Positions 31,276-41,431 of a DNA stretch of 64,000 nucleotides are shown piece by piece. Numbering within the stretch: the stretch's first letter is position 1; every line of letters begins with the position of its first letter. Source of the stretch: an uncultured delta proteobacterium (GTDB lineage Bacteria; Desulfobacterota; Syntrophobacteria; BM002); contig CAVQGX010000026.1 in NCBI GenBank assembly GCA_963712115.1, positions 32,001 to 96,000 on the forward strand. The letters run 5' to 3'. The notes below the pieces were generated by a model, which was not told where the DNA came from, searched no databases, and saw nothing but the letters and a program-made list of their open reading frames with translations. Position numbers and translations under genes: made by a program.

Positions 31276-32892
31276 ATGAAAAGACTACTGTTGCCGTTCG
31301 CTGTTATACTGATGCTTATCATCAGCTGCCAACAGGAGCCTACCGGAACCCCAACGAGTTCAACCGAAGCCACGATAGGCGGTGTCTACCGAGCTGCCCT
31401 TCCCTGGAGTCCGACGAATCTCTGGATCCGCGCCTTCACCACGGATATCTACTCGGTAACTCTAATCCAACAGATCTTTGACGGCTTAGTTCAGTTCGAC
31501 AAGAATCTCAATGTAGTCCCGAGCCTCGCCAGCTCTTGGAAAGTATCGCCGGATCGGCCTTACTTACACGTTTACTCTCCGAGAAGATGCCAAATTTCAC
31601 AACGGCCGACAGGTGACAGCTGACGATTTCGTCTATTCATTTACCCGCATCCTGGATCCAGAGGAGCCAGCAGGCGCACTAAGCTTCTTTGAAAGAGTTA
31701 AGGGGGCGGCGATCCTACCGAAATGGGAAGAGTAAAGAAGTTGCTGGTCTCAAGGCCCTTGATGCTCACACCCTGGAGATAACTCTCAGATGAACCTTTT
31801 GCACCGTTTCTGTCCAGTGTTGGCCATGGCGATTCCAAGGTGGTTGCCCCGAGAAGAGGTCGAACGGTGGGGCAAGGAATTTGGCCATCACCCGGTGGGC
31901 ACAGGTCCCTTCCGCTTGGAGTCTTGGGAAGGGAATCAGATTGTGCTCAGTGCAAATCCTGATTACCACGAAGGCAGACCTTATTTGGATCGAGTTCGTC
32001 TACACCATCTATGCGGGTGCGCAACGAAAGAAGATCCTGCAGGATTTTTAGGAGGACCGCTTGGAAGAAGCGCTAGTCTTCGGAGCAGATCGAGAGGAAA
32101 TGGCCAAGTCAGCCGTCTATCAGTTCGTCAGGAAGCCCAGTCTGAGCCTGCAGTTTTACGGAATGAATTGCGACCAATTCCCCGTTGAAAGATAGACGGG
32201 TACGGCAGGCTCTGAGTTGGGCCATCGACAAAGAAGAAATCGTTCGTGAGGTGTTCAAAGATCAATTCATTCCTGCGGAAACAATCCTGCCGCCCGGCAT
32301 GACCGGCTATACTCCGGAAAACGCCGCCTACGGTTATGATCCTGAAAGGGCCAAAGAACTCCTTGCTGAAGCCGGGTATGGTCCATCACAAGAAAAGCTG
32401 TCATTGACTCTCCTGTCTGCTTCGAAATCAAACGTGGCCCAGAAGAGAATTGGCCATGGTAGCAGCGGACTTAGCTGATGTGGGAGTTGAACTTCAAATC
32501 CAATACGAAACAGATTGGCCCACCTTTGAAGGCAGCTCTCAGATCAACGGAAAGTTCCAGATTGTATCGGTACTTCTGGTCTGCTGACATTCCGGATCCC
32601 GACAATTTTGTCAATGTACTATGCGGCTCAGACTCTCAGTACAACTTCATGCGCTACAACAACCCCAAAGTGGATCGCCTCCTTGCCCAGGCTCTGGCAG
32701 AAACCGATATTATCAAACGGGTGAGGCTGTATCGGGAGGCTGAGAGTATGATCTTGGAGGATGCTCCAATGATTCCCTTTATGTATTGGGTCTTCGAGTC
32801 CGTTTTTCAACCTTACGTCAAGGGCCTGGAGATTAGTGCTCTAGGACAGCCCATACATTCCTCTGAAAAAGATCTGGCTCGATAAGCACTAG
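31276..32892 (+). CDS. Family-5 (OppA/DppA-like) solute-binding lipoprotein, fragmented by several frameshifts
   Basis: Lipobox IISC; IFDGLVQFD, LASSW, PVGTGPF, VRQALSWAID, YDPERAKELLAEAG and DAPMIP spread over consecutive frames. Confidence 0.85.
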
Positions 32893-32967
32893 TCGTTCTT
32901 TTCTACCCCTTCATGTGCGTCATCGCCAGTTCACCGAAGTCTAACGACCATCAACGGACAGCGCTGA

Positions 32968-34792
32968 ATGTCCTGGTTTGCCCGAAAAATACGTTTGAAG
33001 ACTCGATTCATGGTCGCTATCGGCACAGTTCTTTTTGCGCTAATGGCGATTATTGTTTTGCTGGTGGGGAATCGGTCCACCCGGATCATTAAACAGGAGG
33101 TGGAGGCCCGCGGTCTTGCTGTGGCCCGCAGCATCGCTGCTGTCTCCACTAATGCTCTAGTAACATACAATTACATTACCTTGGAACAGAACGCCGAAAA
33201 GGCCGGCCAGGGCACTGATATTGTCTATGTCATTGTCCTCGATAAAGAGGAGAAAGTAGCTGCATTTAGCGGTCACAGCGGCTGGCAAGGGAATTATTTG
33301 GACGATCCGGTGAACAAAAAAGCTCTGGCTGCCAAGAGGCCGGTTATCCAGTCTGTTTTGTGGGAAGAAACGGGTGAGCGGGTACTGGATATAGGTGTGC
33401 CAGTTTTCATCTCTAGTTCTGACATGAAATGGGGCACCGTTCGAGTGGGACTTTCTCTTGAGCGCATGTATTGGCAAATTAGACGGACCCAATTGGTTCT
33501 GGTGGGAATTGGCACAGTGGCTCTAATATTAGGACTTGCCGGAGCCCATGTCATGGCCAGCCGTATCACCCAACCATTGGGCCAATTAGCCAACGCCACA
33601 ATCGCTGCCGCCGAAGGTGACCTAGATCAGCGGCTAGATATCCACACCAGAGATGAGGTAGAGGATCTTGCCAACAGCTTCAACACCATGATCAGTGAGA
33701 TTTTGGATCAGCGGGTGCAACTGGAGCAGCGTTTCAATGAAATCTTAGAACTCAAAGCCTATAACGATATAGTTTTGGCTTCCATGACCAACGGCTTGAT
33801 AACCCTGGATTTGGGTTCACGGATTGTTAGTGCCAATGGCGCAGCAGAATCCATACTGGGGCTGGAGGGCAGGCACTGGCAGGGGATAAGTTTCCGTGAC
33901 CTGTGGCCTAAAGACAACTCACTAGTTCGATTGCTGCAAAAATGTCTACAAAGTCAGACTCCTTGCCGTAACCAGGAAATCTCATTGGACACGGGCGAGG
34001 GAAAGCAGCGCACCCTCATGGTGAACACCTCTTTCCTAGAAGATGGAAGGGAGGAAACAATGGGGGTGTTAGTAGTGATAAACGACATTACAGAGGTAAA
34101 GGCCCTGGAGGCTCGAATGCGGCAGAGTGACCGACTGGCCGCTCTAGGTACACTTTCAGCCGGACTTGCCCACGAAATCAGAAACCCGCTCTCTGCCATC
34201 AAAACCTTTGTCCAGCTTTTGCCGAGAAAGATCTCAAATCCCGCCTTTTTTGATAAGTTTCAGACCACCGTACCCCGCGAGTTGAACCGGATCAACGATC
34301 TCATAGAGAGCCTACTGGAATTAGCACGACCACCCAAGCTCGAATTTAAGATGACCTCATTTAAGTGGTTGTCTCTCCCAGGTAGAAGATCTCTATCGAG
34401 ATAAGCTTGAGGCAGCCAACATCACCCTTGAAATTAGCCAAGAAGAATCTTTGCCGGAACTCTGGGCCGACAGGGAACACTTGGTACGGGCATTATCCAA
34501 TATCGTGGTAAACGGTCTAGAGGCCATGCCTGAGGGAGGCAACCTCACCGTCACCGCTGAAGAACAGGCAGGAGGGGTGGTACTTCAGTTCACCGACACC
34601 GGTGTAGGCATGGACGAGGCCACCAAAGATAAGATATTCAACCCTTTCTTCACCACCAAAGACACAGGCACAGGGCTTGGCCTGGCCATGACGCACAAGA
34701 TCATCCAGGAGCACGGCGGCGATATTGAGGTTGACAGTTTGGTTGGCAAGGGAACTACCTTTACCTTGAGATTTCCTGGAGTGCAAGGATGA
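32968..34792 (+). CDS. Sensor histidine kinase (TM-periplasmic-TM-HAMP-PAS-HisKA-HATPase), one frameshift near 34361
   Basis: AHEIRNPL; N, G1, F and G2 boxes in the downstream ORF. Deleting one T joins both as ...TSLSGCLSQVEDLYRDK... Confidence 0.92.
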
Positions 34793-34933
34793 ACTGTGCC
34801 CACAATAGTGGTGCCACTGTACATGATCATAGGCATGCCACAATTGTCCTGCCCGAATCAATAAAAGGTTAGATACTGCCCATCTCCCATATTTAGAGCC
34901 TTCTTCCTCACCAGCGATTGTGATTCTCGACTC

Positions 34934-34949
34934 TGGCATTATCCTTGCT
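34934..34949 (+). promoter_or_regulatory. sigma54 -24/-12 promoter
   Basis: TGGCAT-TATCC-TTGCT; UAS-like 18-mer at 34818-34835. Confidence 0.7.
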
Positions 34950-34993
34950 GAGTATGAAAGTGAAGCATCCTATTTAGGAAAGGAGGCTGTGAC

Positions 34994-35359
34994 ATGGCAT
35001 ATTTAGATAAAGAAATAGTAGTGGTGGATGACGACCAGGGGATTCTGGAGTCATTTGATGCAATGCTTGGGGATGATTATCCATTGGTGACCTTGGACAA
35101 TGGGTTTGCCGCTATTGAATATGTGAAATCCCACAAACCCAGACTCGTCTTTCTAGACATAAAAATGCCAGGTATGAATGGTATGGAGGTGCTCAAAAAG
35201 TTAAGGCAAGATAAAGTGGAAGTAGCAGTGGTAATGGTTACAGCTACGACCCAAAGCCATTACGAGAGCGAGGCGGAGGAGTTGGGCATAACCGCTTATC
35301 TGCGCAAACCTTTTGAGATTGATGAGGTGGAAGATATCACGAGACGAGTGCTACATTGA
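34994..35359 (+). CDS. Single-domain response regulator
   Basis: VVDDD, FLDIKMP, VTA and KPF; AGGAGG RBS. Confidence 0.95.
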   Translation: MAYLDKEIVVVDDDQGILESFDAMLGDDYPLVTLDNGFAAIEYVKSHKPRLVFLDIKMPGMNGMEVLKKLRQDKVEVAVVMVTATTQSHYESEAEELGITAYLRKPFEIDEVEDITRRVLH

Positions 35360-35441
35360 CTATTTAAGATTGGAGATTTAAGATTGCAGATTGCAACTTA
35401 GCGATGATATCTCTTGTTTTCTCGTTCTTGAGGAAAAATCT

Positions 35442-36227
35442 TCAATCTACATTCCGCAATCTCAAATTCTCTTGGCATTCCTCCAGAAAACCCTGCCATT
35501 GTTGAAAATATTTAGAGCCACCCACTACGTAAGTATCGTTGTGCCCCGACTGTGGAACCAAGTAAAATCGTTTTGGGGCCCGTGCAGTCTGATATAGCCG
35601 TTGCGCCATCTCTAGCGGGATAGCTTCGTCGTATTCACCATGTATGAAGAGAAGGGGGGCTTGGATCAGGTCAATTTTGCCTATGTTGTCATAAGCGGAC
35701 TGGCTAAGCTCGGGAGGAATCGCTCCCAAAAAATAGCGCTTTAACATGTCTTGGGAGGAGGTAAAAGCAGCCTCGAGCACCGCGCCAAGACAAGGTTCGC
35801 TACAAGCTAGATCCACGGCCAGGGCCGTACCCAATGAACGACCGAAGAGCAGAATGTCAGTTGGCTCAAGCATACGCTCCCTGACCAGATAGTTCCAAGC
35901 ACCTCTGGCATCGAGGTAAGTGCCAGCCTTGGAAATGTGGCCAGCGCTCAGGCCAAACTCCCGGTAATCAAAGATGAAAATTGAGATATTCAGATAGCGG
36001 TGAAGGAGTGCGAGATTTTCCAATCTGTGGCTTATATTGCCGGCATTGCCATGAAACCACAGGAGGGTAGTGTTTTCCCCAGGATCTGAGGAGGGCACGA
36101 ACCAACCATGTAACCGAATACCGTCTGCAGCTGAGAAAAAGACGTTTTCGTACTCTAGACGAAATTCTTTTGGTGTTCCCTCTAGCTGCCGCATGGGGAA
36201 AAAGATCAAACCTTTTTCAGAGAGCAT
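35442..36227 (-). CDS. Alpha/beta hydrolase
   Basis: FHGNAGN, GRSLG, HGEYD and GHND. The C-terminus runs into a GATTGCA/GCAATCT array (35364-35468). Confidence 0.93.
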   Translation of the reverse strand: MLSEKGLIFFPMRQLEGTPKEFRLEYENVFFSAADGIRLHGWFVPSSDPGENTTLLWFHGNAGNISHRLENLALLHRYLNISIFIFDYREFGLSAGHISKAGTYLDARGAWNYLVRERMLEPTDILLFGRSLGTALAVDLACSEPCLGAVLEAAFTSSQDMLKRYFLGAIPPELSQSAYDNIGKIDLIQAPLLFIHGEYDEAIPLEMAQRLYQTARAPKRFYLVPQSGHNDTYVVGGSKYFQQWQGFLEECQENLRLRNVD

Positions 36228-36310
36228 GGCTGATTCCAGTGTCTGGTTACAGGGCAGATTAAAAAACACAGAGAGCACAATTCAGAACAAAGCCGAAATA
36301 AATTCAAGCT

Positions 36311-36462
36311 GGATGTGAGATGTGAGATCTGAGATGTGAGAATCAAATTCAGGAATTTAGGGATTGAGGAATTCAGGGATTTTTCTAGACCAGGCTCAAT
36401 TCCTTAATCCCTTAATTCGCAATTCCTGAATGTCTACATCACATATCGCACATCCCACATCT
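36311..36462. repeat. Nested palindrome: GATGTGA arms outside, GGAATT octamer arms inside
   Basis: Block order A-B-spacer-B'-A'. Confidence 0.85.
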
Positions 36463-36498
36463 GTTGTTCAGTTTTCCATTTGCAAAAGATTTTTGCCC

Positions 36499-37848
36499 CT
36501 ATGATTGTGGTTCCAGAAGCTTTTTTGTTTTCTCCGCCAACTCCCGGAGCGTTTCGCCACTCATCCAGTAAGGGTGAGCTGTGTCGTCATCCTTAAAGAA
36601 CCAGAGCAGCCCTTTCTCTGTATTTTTCGAGGGAACTTCTGCCAGGAAAAATGTTCCGAGCTTCTTATCTTTTTCAGAATAAAGAACCAAGTCTAACCGT
36701 CTCTCTCCGGTAACCGGATCCACCTCAGGAAGACCGCCGGGTAAGTACTCCAGTTCCTGCATCTTCCAGAGTAGAGAATTGACCTGCCAGTTTTCAGGAT
36801 GTTGCCTGCTGTCGCCTGCCGCCCACTTCCATTTCTCCCCCTGGCGCTCAAGCCGCCCACTATCATCATTCAGTTTCAAACCGACAGCTTTTATTTGGTC
36901 CAAGTCGAAAGCGAGCAGGGTGCGATCCTCAAGGTCGCTGAGACTAACCGGGAGTTGCTCCAGTAACTTCTCGTCCACCAGGGCAACACCTGGCAATTCT
37001 CCTCCTTTGGCATAAATACCCTCTGCCTTTTTACTGTTGCCGAGGAGGAGAGTTTGGCTCTTATCTTTACTGGCGAGGCTGATTCTTATCCTGGCAGGCT
37101 CAAAACCAAGTTGGGGTAAATCGCTTTTTTCGTTGTCCAGAAACCTTTTTGCCCGTAGCCAGATCAAGCGACTGATAAGGCTCTCCACTTTAGAATTTTT
37201 AATGCTGACCTCAGGAAAAGCTGAGAGCTGCCAATTGTCCTTTGTCACTTTTGTCAAAGCAAGTTTTACCTCAGCACGCTCAATCTCAACCCGGTCTATC
37301 TCCTCACTTTTCAGAGAAAAAAATTCTTTACTACGCAAGTCAAAAATCTTCTTGTTCAGCCCTTGCTCCCGGCTGGCAGCGATTAGGACCACGCGATTTG
37401 GTTGGTCGCCGGAGGCGTAATACTGATCGGCCACAACCGCTTTGGCGCCAACACGCAAATGATGCCGGGTGCCATCCGCCAAGAAAGATAGATGGAGCCT
37501 TGGGTTGTCAAGACCATAAGGGTGAAGGTCTTGAGCTTCAGCCTCGACCTCCCGTTCCATCTTAAGAGACTCCAGGCTTGTTAGCAGACTTCCCACGGCG
37601 AATTCATCGGCGGCAGAATTTATCGGTTCAATTATTTGCCATTGGCCTTCTTTATTGAGCGTTATGGGGTTGCCTTGCCCTTTGTCTAATTGGAGAGAGG
37701 TGATTTTAGCTTTTTCCACTTGAAAAAGACGGAGGGCATCTTCTTTCTCTTCGGTGAGAGCATTGCGGCGCACTACCTCGAAGTAGTAAAAGTACCCAGC
37801 AAGCACTGCAAGAACGGCCAAATAGATAAGGGCAGTTCTGGTTTTCAT
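36499..37848 (-). CDS. DUF4340-like domain protein
   Basis: N-terminal TM, repeated W..P..AD/YGL..P pattern, typical position after a GldG-like gene; ATGA overlap. Confidence 0.85.
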   Translation of the reverse strand: MKTRTALIYLAVLAVLAGYFYYFEVVRRNALTEEKEDALRLFQVEKAKITSLQLDKGQGNPITLNKEGQWQIIEPINSAADEFAVGSLLTSLESLKMEREVEAEAQDLHPYGLDNPRLHLSFLADGTRHHLRVGAKAVVADQYYASGDQPNRVVLIAASREQGLNKKIFDLRSKEFFSLKSEEIDRVEIERAEVKLALTKVTKDNWQLSAFPEVSIKNSKVESLISRLIWLRAKRFLDNEKSDLPQLGFEPARIRISLASKDKSQTLLLGNSKKAEGIYAKGGELPGVALVDEKLLEQLPVSLSDLEDRTLLAFDLDQIKAVGLKLNDDSGRLERQGEKWKWAAGDSRQHPENWQVNSLLWKMQELEYLPGGLPEVDPVTGERRLDLVLYSEKDKKLGTFFLAEVPSKNTEKGLLWFFKDDDTAHPYWMSGETLRELAEKTKKLLEPQS

Positions 37849-39266
37849 CGGTGTTTTCTCCGCAGCCTGAATACTGTCAGACCGGATACCATAACTACCG
37901 CTGGCATCAAAAGCAGTCCCACCCAAAACAAAAGCTGGCTCTGCGAGCGACTGAGGGTTAGCGGCGTTCCCGAGGTCTTGGGACGTTCAACGGTGATAAG
38001 ATTTTCCTGTTGGGCTAGGTAGTTGATGGAGTTCAGGAAAAAGTCGGAATTCCCCTGCAGACTGAAGTAACTGTTGCTGGCAAAATCGCTGTCACCAAAA
38101 ACCAGTATTTGGGCCTGCCCTCCTGGGCTTTCTCCTCCAGCACCCTTAACAGCCTCTTGCTCATCGCTCTTTTGCCCATCCCCTGAGCTCTTGTTTGAGA
38201 TGGAGGCGACTAGCGCAACATTGATTGGACCCTTTTTGTCTTTGGCCTGGTCGAATTTCGGTGGCTCCGGTTGGCCAAACTGGAACTCGGTTTCAGACCA
38301 ACTATAAGGCGAGGTGGAGGCGAGCTCGGTCATATCGACGGAGGCAGGAATCTCCTTAGCCGAACCAATGGATCTTGCTGTGGGAAAGAAGCAGGCAACG
38401 TTAAAGCCGTCGGTAATCTTGTGGAAACTATACTCGGTGATAACTGGGATGAGATAGCTGGCACCAAAGACCCTACTCATGGTGTCCACAATAATGTCCG
38501 ATGAGATGGCGATCCCGTAGGACCTGAGAAAGTCACCCAGGCCAGCGTCAGAAAAAGGCTCAAGTAACAACATCAAGCTGCCATCTCGTCCGAGATATTG
38601 ACGCAAGGCTTCGAGCTCAGTGGCCATCAAGACCTTTTTGGGATCAGCTACAACCACAAGAGCAGCATCCTCGGGAATCTTGGGGACCTCCAGCAGGTTG
38701 AGCGTTTTCACCTGGAAGTTTTCCTTTTCAATGGCAGCCTTGGCAGTAGAATAACCGTCTTTATCAAAATTGCTAATGTCCCTGTCTCCATGACCAGTGA
38801 GAAAGTAGACGACCCTTTGTTTTTCCTGCGTCAGCTTCAAGATAGCGTTGGTAATAGATTCTTCATCCGCAGTGGTTATGGTTTGTGTCTTGCCGAAGCC
38901 CTCCAAAACCAAGGTTCCGTAGGTGCGAATCATGTAGTGTTTGGCCAGGCTAGGCTCCCGGTCTGGATCGATAAGCTGATAGTTGATCTTTTTGGAGTAA
39001 TATCTATAGGTCTCGAGCAAGTCACGGCTCTGGTCCCTGTTGGGATCAGCTTCCTGGTAAAAGCCTTTGATATTGATGTCGTCATTGAGTGCTTTGACAA
39101 CCTTTTGTGACTGTTCTGAGATGCTATATCGTTTACCTTCAGTAAGATCTAGCCGCAGTGGATGGCGTTGACCGATAAGGGCCGCAAAGGCCAAAATGCC
39201 AACGAAAGCAACAAAACCCAGGGCGGTACTGGACAATAGGGCAAGCTTTCCAGGCTTCTTTGTCAT
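37845..39266 (-). CDS. GldG-family ABC auxiliary component
   Basis: RLDLT, VYFLTGHG and VFGDSDF; C-terminal TM. Confidence 0.9.
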   Translation of the reverse strand: MTKKPGKLALLSSTALGFVAFVGILAFAALIGQRHPLRLDLTEGKRYSISEQSQKVVKALNDDINIKGFYQEADPNRDQSRDLLETYRYYSKKINYQLIDPDREPSLAKHYMIRTYGTLVLEGFGKTQTITTADEESITNAILKLTQEKQRVVYFLTGHGDRDISNFDKDGYSTAKAAIEKENFQVKTLNLLEVPKIPEDAALVVVADPKKVLMATELEALRQYLGRDGSLMLLLEPFSDAGLGDFLRSYGIAISSDIIVDTMSRVFGASYLIPVITEYSFHKITDGFNVACFFPTARSIGSAKEIPASVDMTELASTSPYSWSETEFQFGQPEPPKFDQAKDKKGPINVALVASISNKSSGDGQKSDEQEAVKGAGGESPGGQAQILVFGDSDFASNSYFSLQGNSDFFLNSINYLAQQENLITVERPKTSGTPLTLSRSQSQLLFWVGLLLMPAVVMVSGLTVFRLRRKHR

Positions 39267-39272
39267 CTCAGA

Positions 39273-40043
39273 CTACCCCCTCCATTGACGAGATTCCAAA
39301 ATCCGCAGCGTAGTAAACAAAAAGAGTAGGATAAAAAGAAAATAAAAGAGCACGTCGCGGGAATCCAGAATTCCTTTGGCAAAATTGTCATAGTGTGTAA
39401 GCAGCGAGAGATATTTTAAAAAGCTCCCCAGGCCGGGGCCTACCAAGGATTCGCTCCAGCCGATGATCCAAAGAAATAATAAGGCCCCGAAGGCAATGGC
39501 TGCAGCGATTATCTGGTTTTCAGTAAGGGATGAGGCAAGAAGGCCCAGGCTGACAAAAGCACTGCTCATCAGAAAGAGGCCGACATAGCAACCCAGGATA
39601 GTCGCCCAAGGGGGATCGGTGAGAATTTCCAACAAGAGCATGGCAGGAAAAGTTCCCAGCAGAAGAAGAAGTAACACTGTAACCCCAGCGGTAAACTTTC
39701 CCAGCACAGCACCTCGGTCAGAGATGGGATAAGTGAATAACAGCTCTGCGGTACCGGTCTTTTTTTCTTCGGCGAAGAGTCTCATGGTTATTAGTGGCAC
39801 CATGAGCAAGAGAATGATGCTAATGCTGCCAAAGAAAGGCTCGAGTACCATGTCCGTAAGGTTGAGCTGCTGGGAAAGGAAGGGATTCGTACCTGCCTGA
39901 AAACTCAGAAGAGAGTAGTAGGCTACCGATGAGTAGAAAAAATAGCCTACCAGGCCCAGAAATATGAAGGCAACCACGTAGAATATGGGTGAGGCAAAGA
40001 GCCTATAAAGCTCCTTGCGATAGACAACAGAAAATCCTTTCAT
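39273..40043 (-). CDS. ABC-2 permease (GldF-like)
   Basis: PLITMRLFAEEKKTGT and LTENQIIAA. Confidence 0.92.
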   Translation of the reverse strand: MKGFSVVYRKELYRLFASPIFYVVAFIFLGLVGYFFYSSVAYYSLLSFQAGTNPFLSQQLNLTDMVLEPFFGSISIILLLMVPLITMRLFAEEKKTGTAELLFTYPISDRGAVLGKFTAGVTVLLLLLLGTFPAMLLLEILTDPPWATILGCYVGLFLMSSAFVSLGLLASSLTENQIIAAAIAFGALLFLWIIGWSESLVGPGLGSFLKYLSLLTHYDNFAKGILDSRDVLFYFLFILLFLFTTLRILESRQWRG

Positions 40044-41005
40044 TCTTGCTCCTCCCCGGGCTCTTCATCAGTCACCAACTGCATGAAAATGTCCTCCAGG
40101 CTCAAGTCCTGCAATTTGAGCTCTCGAAGATGCCAGCCATGTTCCACCACTGTGCGAGCCAACTCAGGGCGCAAGTCTTGCCCCCGCTGGCTCTCTATTA
40201 AATAGGTAGATTCGCTGTTTGCCGGTTTAACTGCCAAAACACCAGCAAGTCCCCCTATTTTCGCCATGACCTCAGACCTAGGCCCCTCAACCTCTAGGTA
40301 AACCTGCAAGTTCCTCTGTAGTTGAGTAGTGAGATTTGCCGGGGTGTCAGTTGCAATTATTTGCCCGTTGTTAATAATCAGGATACGTTGACAAATCTGG
40401 CTTACCTCAGGAAGGATATGGCTACTCAGAATGATGGTGCGTTCAGTGCCCAACTGTTTGATCAGGGCGCGGATTTCAACTATCTGGGTAGGATCCAATC
40501 CTATGGTGGGCTCGTCTAGGATAAGGATCGGCGGATCATTTAACAGCGCTTGGGCAATGCCGATGCGCTGCCGATAGCCTTTAGACAAATGTCCGATAAT
40601 CCGATTCGCTACAGAGGTAATCGCGCATATCTCCATCACCCGGTCGATTTCTTGTCGGATACGGGAGCGGACCACCCCCTTTGCAGTGCCAGCAAATTCA
40701 AGAAAACGGCGGGTTGTCATCTCCGAATAAAGAGGGACGTTTTCAGGAAGATAGCCAATCTTAGCACGCACTTCCAGGGAGTTCTGTTGACAGTCCAGTC
40801 CCGCAACTCGAGCTACTCCCGAGGTGGGTGGCATGAAGCAGGTGAGAATCCTTAGAGTGGTAGTCTTGCCAGCTCCATTGGGGCCAAGGAATCCCACGAT
40901 CTCGCCCTGGTCCACCCTAAAGCTCACCTGCCGCAGAGCGGGAACCGGGCCATAAAACTTGGTGAGATTTTCAACTTCGATCACTTTATCGAGCCTCCGG
41001 TTCAC
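40040..41005 (-). CDS. ABC transporter ATP-binding protein (GldA-like)
   Basis: GPNGAGKTT, LSKGYRQR and ILDEP. Confidence 0.95.
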   Translation of the reverse strand: MNRRLDKVIEVENLTKFYGPVPALRQVSFRVDQGEIVGFLGPNGAGKTTTLRILTCFMPPTSGVARVAGLDCQQNSLEVRAKIGYLPENVPLYSEMTTRRFLEFAGTAKGVVRSRIRQEIDRVMEICAITSVANRIIGHLSKGYRQRIGIAQALLNDPPILILDEPTIGLDPTQIVEIRALIKQLGTERTIILSSHILPEVSQICQRILIINNGQIIATDTPANLTTQLQRNLQVYLEVEGPRSEVMAKIGGLAGVLAVKPANSESTYLIESQRGQDLRPELARTVVEHGWHLRELKLQDLSLEDIFMQLVTDEEPGEEQE

Positions 41006-41007
41006 CC

Positions 41008-41108
41008 ATAGCGCAGAGCGTCTGGTAAACAGTAAACGGTAAACCGATTATGCGCTGACTCCGCAACCCTTCACCGTTTACCATTTACTCTCTTTTCCGC
41101 TATGCGTT
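41008..41108. repeat. Nested short array: CATAGCG outside, GTAAACR/YTTAC inside
   Basis: catagcg...GTAAACA-GTAAACG-GTAAACC...ttcaccg-tttacca-tttac...cgctatg. Confidence 0.65.
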
Positions 41109-41162
41109 TACATATAAAAATGGTGGTCCATAGACCACCGAGTGCAAAGCATTCCAACTTGC

Positions 41163-41372
41163 TCAGGGAACTAGGAGTTGGAATTCTGACTGCTGGGTAA
41201 CCTTTTTGGTGCCCACCGAGCTGCCGCAGTACTGACAAAGGTACTCATGCAGTTCTCCGTCAGGTAGAAACAGAAGTAACCGTTGCCTCACAGGTGTAGC
41301 CTGGCGGCATTTGGCGCAGAACAGAGCAGTGGCCTCGAGTTGGTCAAACTGCTTATGCTGGTGAGCACTCAT
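41163..41372 (-). CDS. Small CxxC-CxxC zinc-binding hypothetical protein
   Basis: CAKC...CQYCG; lies between dnaJ and the ABC operon. Confidence 0.8.
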   Translation of the reverse strand: MSAHQHKQFDQLEATALFCAKCRQATPVRQRLLLFLPDGELHEYLCQYCGSSVGTKKVTQQSEFQLLVP

Positions 41373-41431
41373 AATGAAGAGTTCTCTTTAAACATTCACA
41401 TTTGCATGAGATCTGCAAATATCAGCAATAT

